Below are positions 53,672 to 64,000 of a DNA stretch of 64,000 nucleotides, piece by piece. The notes under the pieces were generated by a model. The model had not been told where the DNA came from, searched no databases, and saw only the letters and a program-made list of their open reading frames with translations. Numbering within the stretch: the stretch's first letter is position 1; the number at the start of each line of letters is the position of its first letter. The position numbers were made by a program, and so were the translations under genes. Source of the stretch: Octopus sinensis (Eukaryota); NCBI RefSeq assembly GCF_006345805.1, contig NC_043004.1, positions 82,522,001 through 82,586,000 on the forward strand, written 5' to 3'.

Positions 53672-55903
53672 TACCTATAGTTTTTTAACAGACAGCAGCA
53701 TATTCCCTAATGAACAGAAAGGATGTAAACGTGGATCCTACGGCTGTAAAGACCAACTACTCATCAATAAGATGATCTTAGAAGATTGTCACAAACGACA
53801 CAAAAACTTATCAATAGCCTGGATAGACTATAAAAAGGCTTTTGATAGCCTACCACATAGCTGGATTAGGAAATGCCTTGAAATGTATAAGATAGCACCA
53901 ACTCTGCGAAACTTCTTGACTGTAAGTATGAGATCATAGAGAACCACACTAACTCTGAACAGTGACAGTGAATCCCTAAATGCTGGTGATGTAAAAATTC
54001 GTGTGGCATTTTCCAGGGTGACTCACTGTCACCACTCCTATTTTGTTTATCCTTAATACCTCTCTCAAAGCTGCTCAATGACGCGCAGTACGGGTATAAA
54101 ATGTTTGATAAAAATATAAATCATCTCGTTTACATGGATGATTTAAAGCTTTTTGCAAAAAATGATCAACAACTCAAGGGCTTACTAGCGATAGTCAAAC
54201 AATTCAGTGACGACATCAGAATGCAATTCGGCCTCTTTAAATGTGCAAAGGCTACCTTTATCAAAGGAAAAATGACAGAAACATCTAACGTTAACCTTGA
54301 CCAACAGAATGTCATAAAAGAACTAGACCCAGCGGAGAGCTACAAGTACCTAGGGGTAATTGAAGGGAACGGAATAAGGCATTCAGAGATGAAGGAAAGG
54401 ATCAGGAGAGAATGCTATCGAAGAGTGAGAGCAATACTCAAGACAGAGCTGAATGCAAGAAACAGGATCGAAGCGATCAATGCATTAGCTATACCAGTCG
54501 TGACGTACAGTTTCAATATTGTTAACTGGTCAATTATTGAAATATGTCAGCTCGACAGAAAAATAAGGAAACTGTTGACAATGCATAGAATGCACCACCC
54601 TAAGGCAGATACAGAACGACTCTATCTGCCAAGAAAAGAGGGAGGCCGTGGTCTTTTGCAACTGGCAATAACAATGAAGATTGCTACAATTGGCCTAGAC
54701 ACCTACCTGAAAAACTCTGAGGACTGGATGTTAAAACTTGTCTCAAAACATGAAAACAAGAAAGCATCATACTCAGTCACAAAACAGGCAAAGGTATATC
54801 TAAGTGAATTCCGAATACAACCAATTTCGGAATTAGAGATAGATATACAAGAAACAAGCACAGAAAAAGCTAGGCGCATGAAAACCCGTGCCAAAACTGC
54901 GGCCTTAGATATTCTGAATAATAAATGGCAAGAAAAACCTCTCTATGGCAAATACCCAAAGATAGCGAATAATGCAGATATCGACAAAGCCCTGACCCAT
55001 CAATGGCTAATGGCCTCTGGCTTAAAATCTGAAACAGAGGGGTTTATCATAGCAGCTCAAGATCAATGCCTACCAACAAGAAACTACCAGGCCAACATAT
55101 TAAAGATCAGAAGCAGTCCAACGTGTCGTGTATGTAAGCAACAAAATGAAACCATTGACCATGTGGTCTCCAAGTGCAGTCTTCTAGCGCCTACAGAGTA
55201 TCTCAACAGGCACGATAGAGCTGCACAATATATTCACTGGGTAATCTGTAAAAACCTGGATTTGCCCCATGAAAAAAACTGGTGGGAACACAAACCACCC
55301 CCAGTGCTTGAAAATGACCATATCTCACTCCTCTGGAACTTCACCATTCAAACTGACAGGAAGATAGATGCAAATAGGCCAGACATCATGTTGAAAGACT
55401 TCAAACAAAGAACATGCCTCCTCATTGATATGACTGTCCCAATCGATATAAACGTATCTGTCAAGACCTACCAAAAACTGAGCAAATATAAAGATCTTGA
55501 AATAGAAATCAGCAAAATGTGGAAGCTGAAGACTAAAACAATACCTGTTGTCATAGGTGCCCTGGGAATGATAGCAAAAGGGGCTGATAGCTACCTAACT
55601 CAGATACCAGGAAACCCCAAAATGGCAGAAGTTCAAAAGATAGTGCTCATGGGAACTGCTCATATCCTACGCAAAATACTTTGTATGTAATCTCAAGGTT
55701 TAAAACAAACATAATTTTCGGTTTAAAAAAAAAAAAACCTTTCTTTTTTTTTTTAGACATTCATTAGTACAACATCCCCACCCCCAAATATATGGCACAC
55801 TAGGCATAACAACAACATGAACTTCCAACCCTGTTGTCTCTTGAGGTCTCTGGGTGAGACTTGGAGCCAACTTGTACAAATATAAAGCAAAAGTCAAACA
55901 TAG
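53671..55903 (+). mobile_element. 5'-truncated R4/Dong-clade element E4 (third family) in (AAT)n
   Basis: ORF 54101..55690 (529 aa) has YMDDLKLF, HHPKADTERLYLPRKEGGRGL, CRVCKQQNETIDHVVSKC, RHD, RPDIM..LID and KLSKYKDL. (AAT)n on both sides. Confidence 0.92.
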
Positions 55904-56523
55904 AATAATAATAATAATGATGATAATAATAATAAAAATAGTAATAATATTAATTGCAAAAATAAAAACAGTATGGAGCCCAACAACCGATCGCTGATGT
56001 CTACCAGCTGTAAATAGGGACAGATGATGTTGGGAGAGGCTTAACAGCAGTAGAAAAATTTATGCAGAAAAGTGTAATAGAGTACTCACAGAGCACTACT
56101 GAAACATTACTAAAATACAGCCATGCATACATACACACATACATGCATACATATATATATATATATATTTATATTTTTATATATGACAGAAAACGGAAAA
56201 CTATTGAGAAAACAATTGAATGACATCAACTATTATTATTTAATTCAATACAAATAGACTGCATTCTATCTAAGAGCTGTTTCTACTTCCATTTCTATTG
56301 CCATTGACATGCTAAAAATATCTATCTGAAACATGGAGCTTTATCAGATGGAGGAAAAAATAAAAAGGAAGAGCCTAGAGAAGAAAAGGGAAACGTTGAA
56401 TATGGTTAAAAGTGTAATATTTTGCTTGTTTATCTCTCTGGTACATTAAGTATATGACAAAGTTTAAAATAGTATACGGTAGGTTAATCCTTTGTACGAG
56501 TGGGGACAGGATTGATACGCAAT

Positions 56524-56562
<39 letters not shown>

Positions 56563-56635
56563 CATACATATATGTATATGTATATCTGTATCTACGTATA
56601 TATCTATATCTATATCTGACTATCTATTTACCTGC

Positions 56636-56728
<93 letters not shown>

Positions 56729-56747
56729 AATATCTATCTATCTATCT

Positions 56748-56812
<65 letters not shown>

Positions 56813-56823
56813 ATCTATATCTA

Positions 56824-56885
<62 letters not shown>

Positions 56886-57858
56886 TGTATATATATATAA
56901 AACACAAAACTAGATATTACGTACTTCGTCATTCAAAGTACACATGGAAATATCCATGCAGCTACATTGGACTTCGACTTAGGGTAAATGCATAAACATC
57001 AAACTGTAATTCATCCACTGATGCTGTATCACCCGATGGATTTGATTAATGATGTTGAAGAACCGGATGATGACGGACGATACGACCGATACTGTTCACA
57101 TCGCAATGATACAGTCTCCGATTGTAAAGTCATGTAATTTGTTGAAACGCGTGCCATTGAATCTCTTTATCACAGGTTTTGTTGGACCTTCTGGAGTGTT
57201 ACATGCGTTGCGTGCTTGTTACATGCGACGTTATCCATTCTTTTCATGTTATTCATTGTTTTCAGCTACGTATTAATGTCCTGATTCTTCTCGTCTGGCT
57301 TTGTGTACAAGCAATTTCTGTATGACGAATAGACATGCCGGGCTCAAACACATTGCACTTTCGAGCGAAAGGCGATATCATTGGCTTATTAACACCATTA
57401 CTTGATACATTTCTTTAGACACATTTCCCGAAAATTGAGTTTGTTTGTTTCAATGTTAGCCAGCAACCGGTCTTTTTCTCGAGACACTATTCGTACTAAG
57501 TTTGGAAACCAAGCCTACAGGGATATTAAATCCCATAAGTTGGGCCTGTTTCCATCGTATCGTTATTATTTTTGTTATATACATACATACATACGCACAG
57601 ACACAGACACACACACACACACACATATTTATATATATCTTTATATATATATGTATATATATATACATATAAATACATATATATATATATATACATGTAT
57701 ACATAATAAACATAAACATATGTACATATATATAATTGTTTGTGTATATGCGTGTTAGTGTGTGCCTGTGTTTATCTGTGTGTAATGTTCGTGTGTAGAA
57801 TTGTTTACAGAAACATACATATATAAAGATGATACATATACACACACACACACACACA

Positions 57859-57901
<43 letters not shown>

Positions 57902-58112
57902 TAAAGGAATTCCAACTCCAGGTTTTTATATTTTATTTATATTCATTATAATATGAATGTAGAAAATAAAATATATAGTATGAATAGTATATATAGTAAA
58001 ATATGAAGTATTGATTGTCTTATTGAATAGATGAAATATTGAATATCAAATATTAAGGGACTATTATACTTTCTAGCATTTAAGCAGTCTTCAAAGTCCC
58101 AGGTTTAACTGT

Positions 58113-58277
<165 letters not shown>

Positions 58278-58373
58278 AATAATGAAGGGTGAAATTAATT
58301 AATTTGGAAAAATTATCAATTACACCAAGTAGTCTTCGGCATGTAAAAGCCTCATTCGAGGAAAACTTAAGTA

Positions 58374-58537
58374 ATACTAAGCAATAAGGGTTTAGCAATG
58401 AGTTGCCTTACCACATACCGAATTTAGAAATAGCAGTCAAAGGGTTATAGCTATTTCTTATAGCTATAACCCTTTGACTGCTATTTCTAAATTCGGTATG
58501 TGGTAAGGCAACACATTGCTAAACCCTTATTGCTTAG

Positions 58538-58540
<3 letters not shown>
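58374..58540. repeat. Near-perfect hairpin (81-bp arms, 5-nt loop) within (TA)n
   Basis: 58374-58454 is the reverse complement of 58460-58540 with one mismatch. Confidence 0.95.
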
Positions 58541-58601
<61 letters not shown>

Positions 58602-58606
58602 TATAC

Positions 58607-58637
<31 letters not shown>

Positions 58638-58644
58638 TATACAC

Positions 58645-58731
<87 letters not shown>

Positions 58732-58848
58732 TATACATATATATACATATATGTATATATATACCTACACCTATATACAGAAACACACACATTTAATCAT
58801 ACCTATGACAGAGAACAATTTATATTTATAAATATATATCTGTATATA

Positions 58849-60471
58849 CAGTTGCGGCTAAAAAGGTTCAGAACGGCATTGTTATCGTCATAAAAGTAGG
58901 CACAATTTTTTTTATCAAAATTGTTTTATATTCTATAATTTTCATAGACAGTAAATACGATATTATTTGTTATTGTCTGAGATTTTGGTGTAATTTGAGA
59001 GGATAATACAAAAGTTATGGATGATTTAGGGATTTACTGCCAAACCCATGCCGGCCAAAATGTTTAGAACGGTTGAAAAAATAACAAAATAGTCAAACAT
59101 GACAGCGAATACTGGAATTATTTAATATTTATTGTGAAGCCCTTTAGCTTCAATCACACTTTGACATCTTCGATTGCATGAGGAAATTAAATTTTCAATT
59201 TCTTGCTAGGTGAACTTATTCCATTCTTCCTGAAGGGCATTCCATAATTTCTCGGTTGTTTTAGGATTTCTGTCTTTCGAACGTTCTCCTAGAATATTCC
59301 ACACATTTTCAATAGGATTGAGATCTGGGCTTTGAGCAGGCCAATCCATAATAATAACCTTTTCAGCCTTGAGGAAGTTCATGACGACTTTAGCCTTGTC
59401 ACATGGGGCATTGCCCTGCATGAACATGGATGATCGCTTAGTTGAATTTCTCAGCACAGGCAAGGCATGATCTTTTACAAGTTGTTTATAAACTAATGCA
59501 TTTACCTTTCCATGTGATCGCACCAAAGAGCCCATACCATCCCCAGATATCATCCTCCAAACTATGACACTTCCTCCGCCAAATTTAGTCTGAAGGCATT
59601 TAGGCGACAATTTTTCACCTACTTTTCGACGAACGTACCTTTTCCCATCTGAGCCAAATAACATAAACTTAGATTCATCACTGAAATGCACCGTTTGCCA
59701 TTTTTCTTGAGACCACAACACATGTTCGGTTGCAAAGGTAAGACGACACTTTTATTCTTGGAGCTGATCAGTGGCTTCACTGCAGGAGTTCTTGCTTATA
59801 GGTCATGTTCAACTAAACGACGAGACACAGTTTTTCGAGATCAAGTTTTCTTCAGTACAATGCTCATTTCCCGAGAAACAGCAGCAGCAGTTTTAAATCT
59901 GTCCATTTTAACCAACATTACCATAGCACAATCTTCTCTTTTGGTCGTTTTTCTTGACCTACCTATAGACATTCTTGCTTCACACGAACCACAATCATTG
60001 TAGACCTTAAGAATACCGCGAATAACACTTTTTGACTTGTTAACAATCTTTGCAATAGACCCAATACTTAAATTATCCTTTTTTCGAAGCTTAATAATCT
60101 GCTAACGAATTGGTAACGGAGTAAGTGGCATTATATTAACAAAGTACACTGCAGATATTCTTACTAATGTTTAGTAAACGAACCGTCACGTAAACAAATT
60201 CAAATCATTAGGGTTCGCCGGTTAAATATACTAAAACACGGAGTAAAAGCAACTGTTCTGATCATTTTATCCGCCATAGATTTTGCAGTAAATCACTAAA
60301 TCATCCATAACTTTTGTATTATTCTCTCCAAATACACCAAAATCTCAGACAATAACAATACATATCGTGTTTATTGTCTGTGAAAATTATAGAATATGAA
60401 ACAACTTTTATGAAAAATTATACCTACCCTTCTGACGAAAACAATGCCGTTCTGAAAATTTTGGCCCGCAA

Positions 60472-60474
<3 letters not shown>
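58849..60474 (-). mobile_element. Tc1-family (DD34E) DNA transposon, decayed
   Basis: Imperfect TIRs of about 200 bp beginning CAGTTGCGG, flanked by TA. Transposase runs from ATG near 60131 to 59206 with stops and frameshifts; motifs FSDESKF, MQGNAPC (catalytic D to G) and WPAQSPDLNPIENVW. Confidence 0.92.
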
Positions 60475-60520
<46 letters not shown>

Positions 60521-60671
60521 GAACTGTCTTGCTGGTAAGATGCTTGCTTCCCAACCGCTCGGTTTCGCTTTCGTTTGGCACGTGTCTTCTACCATTGCTT
60601 TGGGCTGACAAAACCCTTCTCAGTGTGTTTGGTAGAGGAAAACTTAAAGAAGCCTGTCGAAAATATGCATG

Positions 60672-60702
<31 letters not shown>

Positions 60703-60757
60703 ATGTATTTTTGTGCCTGTCTTTGTCACCCATACCAGAGCTTAACAGCTGATCGTA

Positions 60758-61690
60758 TAATTGTATATATTTATGCACTAATTCTTCTGTGTTTCATATC
60801 AATCTACGGTCTGATCAAATTCTTCAGTAAATCTAAAGAGAAAGAATACGCGAAGCATTCACCGAACTTACAATTAAAGAAGACGATGAAAAATTCTATA
60901 ACAATAGCTTAATATTTTCTTTTATATCTCTTTCTATAGTGATGTTGCTGCCGCCTATTATACACAATATCATAGTATACGTTCTCCCGTTTTCCATGTA
61001 CAACGTTCGGAATTCCTCAACAAATTATTTAAATGCAAGAAAAACTCTTGAATTTATTATTTCATTAATTTTCACTATATTTGATAGTATATTATATGCG
61101 TGCATACTATATGATTGGTATATCAATATGACAATTGGGACCGCACTGCAGTATGAGTTTAATAAAATAGCGAGTGAGGCTGAGAGATACGTAAAAGAAA
61201 AGCATTCAAATACTTCGTATTTCTTTAAGAAATATAAAGAGATTCCAGAAATATGTAACTCACATAATACTCTGAGTAAAACACTGAATTTATTGAATGA
61301 ATCATTTCAATTCTGTTCGGGATTTATCGTACTCATTAGTATTACTGGATGCTGTGTTGCTACGTATATAATTATAAATCATTCATTTCAAAATACTTTC
61401 TCTGAACATAATTCCGTATTATTTGTGACTTCGTTGAACACGATGCTTTTGATCAGGACGATGTGGATTGGTTTCGTTTTAATAAATCGGTAAGTCATAT
61501 AATATATAATCGCAATTATTCTTTAATTCTATTTTCCATAACACATCATAAAAAATATCGAAATGTTATCCTAATTAAATCGGTCTTTGGAATTATGTGA
61601 TATCTTTCCTTCCGATATCCGTCTTGTATCATTTGATTCCCAAAGGTGAACATGAGATAGAGGTGAAATAATGGAAAAACATCTTCCATT
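60758..61690 (+). pseudogene. GR/GRL-like copy B3 (5'-truncated pseudogene, near-identical to B1)
   Basis: ORFs 60514..60912 and 60939..61493, with the same frameshifts as B1 but TAT where B1 has TAA. Confidence 0.85.
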
Positions 61691-62769
61691 GCTACCATTA
61701 TGACTATTATGTCTCCAACCCAAAAACTTTGCCTTGCGTTCGATCTATCTATCTCTCGTTCTCTGTCTTTATATATATATATATAATTGCAGCGCGGAAG
61801 GTGTTTAGAAGCCATTTAAGAAACACACAAAAGCCGTTCGATTCACTTCAACATTTTAGTTTAATTTGTCACAATATTTTCGTCGCTAAAATCCGCGACC
61901 TGTTCACTGACAAAAATCCGTGCTGCATCTGAGAAAGTAACAGTTAGTTCGTCATATATAGGTACGTATGTATGTCTGTATGTATGTATGTATGTATGTA
62001 TGTATGTATGTATGTATGTATGTATGTATGTATGTATGCATGTACGTACATACGCCTGTGTATGTATGTATGTATGTATGTATGTATGTATGTATGTATG
62101 TATTTATGTATGTATATATGTATGTGTGTGTATATGCACGCACATACACACTATAAACATAAAGCTATAAACCTGTAGTGATGGATAGATGTAGAGTGAC
62201 CACTCATCACAATAATATCAAATTTCAACTTCCTCTGCCGAAGCCAGGAAGTGATTTATGACCCTCACTCCCAAAACTATACCCTAAAACCTATTATCAG
62301 ATATTTATCTCTATATCCCAGAACTTTTGTTTTACTATTGTGCATATGTATGTATGTATGTGCGTATGTATGTATGTATGTATGTATGTATGTATGTATG
62401 TATGTATGTATGTATGTATGTATGTGTGTATGTATGTACATACGTACGCATGTGCGTATGTATGTATACGCGCACGTATGCATGTGCCCATGTATGTGTG
62501 TGCGTACATGTACATGCCTATGTACGTGTGTATGCCCATACGTAGTGTATGTATGTATGTTTGTACTCATGTGCTACGTATGTATGTGAGTGTCTAGGAG
62601 AATGGGCTGACGTGTCTGTGAGAGTGTGTACATGTGTATGTGTATGTGAACGTATGTCCGTGTACTGGCATGTGTCCGTCCAAGTTGTGTACATGACTGT
62701 TACTTTGTTTAAGGTTGTATGCATATTCACATATATGTTTGTATATACGCACACACATATATATATATG

Positions 62770-64000
62770 TGTGGGTGTGTGTTTGTTCCTCTCATCACCG
62801 TCTAACTGTGAATGGATACAGCGCCTAAGTGCAACTGTACGTATCAAACAACGTACGCTCATACGGTTATATATAACTGCACATACGCATTGCAACCTGT
62901 ATGTAAGGACTACAAGTAAACGAGAGAGAGAGGGGTGGTTATAGAATAGTCCTTCTGATTGGGATCTGGATGTTACTCCATTCGGACTTTCGGTTGAGAG
63001 TAGGTTTGTATTCTTGTATACAAACAGCTTCTGTGACCTGTCTCAACATTGCATCGGTGGGATGTGTTGATAGGATGTTCAACTTAAGTTTCCCTAAGGA
63101 TCCTTTGTGGCAGTCTACAGCATGTTGGTAGAAGATGGAGTTTGGCTTCCTTTCAATGTAGTTGTCCAGGTGTTCTTTGAACCTATCATTGATTCTTCTA
63201 GAAGTCCCACCTATGTATGACTCTGAGTTTGGGTTAGTCGCGCAAGCTCCCTCCTGGCACTTAATCTGGTATACAGTGCCCTTGGTTTTGCAACTTACAT
63301 GTGGATTTGTCGAACATACTGCACAATTACTTTGACAGGTGATTCTATCAAATGGATATGATCTGCATAATGCCGATTTGATAGTCCTACCTGTCTTTTC
63401 TACAACTTTAATTTTTAGGCCAGTGGTGCGCAGGATTTTCTTGAATGCCTTACTTAGCTCGTTCTTAGGTGTGGCGTCAACGAACATTACTCCGTGAAAT
63501 CTCCTGTTATCGTACCAAGTAACGTTTTTCATCCTTTTGTTGGTGTCCCTCTCTAACCTATTCCAGAACTTGTTGCGGTATAGGGGGCATATACCGTTTT
63601 CGTCGTTCCTTAGAATGCGTTCGAATCTAGCTTTCGCCCTTTTGTACACCCTGACTCTATCGTCTTGTGTGTATCCGGAGCGTTGCATTCGGAATATGTA
63701 GTGCTGGATGTGCTGTTGTCGTTCTTGTGGTTGGCATAGTGGTGATACATTCCTCATTACTCTAATTAAGTCTGCCACTAGGATGTCGAGTTTGGCAGTA
63801 TCCGACATAGCTGAGGCACTACGGATTACTAGTGGATTAGCCATCGGTTTCTGATAGTGTGAGTGGAGTATACAGGGTTTAATGGTTCCATTAACCATAG
63901 CATCTTCCATCCATAGCTCAGAATCTAGGACGGGTAATCGTTTACTCGGGTGTTTAGAGGGGTAGACTATGGTAACTTTTATACTGCTGTGGATAGAGTG
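62770..64000 (-). mobile_element. Penelope-like element, duplicate of 21260..22560 (cut by the window end)
   Basis: ORF 62939..63910 differs from 21428..22555 at only a few residues and retains 12 nt (ggtagactatgg) that are missing in the first copy. Confidence 0.87.

Overview
AT-rich, microsatellite-dense animal genomic DNA. The SINE and non-LTR repeat families match ones I recall from Octopus, so an octopod cephalopod origin is an inference, not a database result. The backbone is a tandem, same-strand (+) cluster of nine copies of a multi-pass membrane-protein gene. Six are 'A-type' (start MELKETRFYK): A2 24440, A3 28285 and A5 50224 have intact 311-314-codon first coding segments, while A1, A4 and A6 are broken. 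Three are SINE-truncated 'B-type' pseudogenes. The protein has six predicted TM helices and the motif H..L.+.+.+.N+.F...+...+...Y++, which resembles the insect-type gustatory receptor / GRL (7tm_7, 7TMIC) superfamily. Its 3' gene structure cannot be settled from sequence alone. Each gene sits in a repeated gene-plus-flank module, giving a higher-order array with mosaic units. The array is invaded by four R4/Dong-clade RLE retrotransposons stacked in one homologous (AAT)n microsatellite, three CR1-like LINEs, Penelope-like elements (two GIY-YIG families), a Tc1 transposon and SINEs. It also holds several long palindromes. Penelope-type tail fragments carry hammerhead ribozyme motifs showing three different 3:8 core base-pair variants (C:G, U:A, G:C). 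Most short ORFs in the track are microsatellite artefacts.
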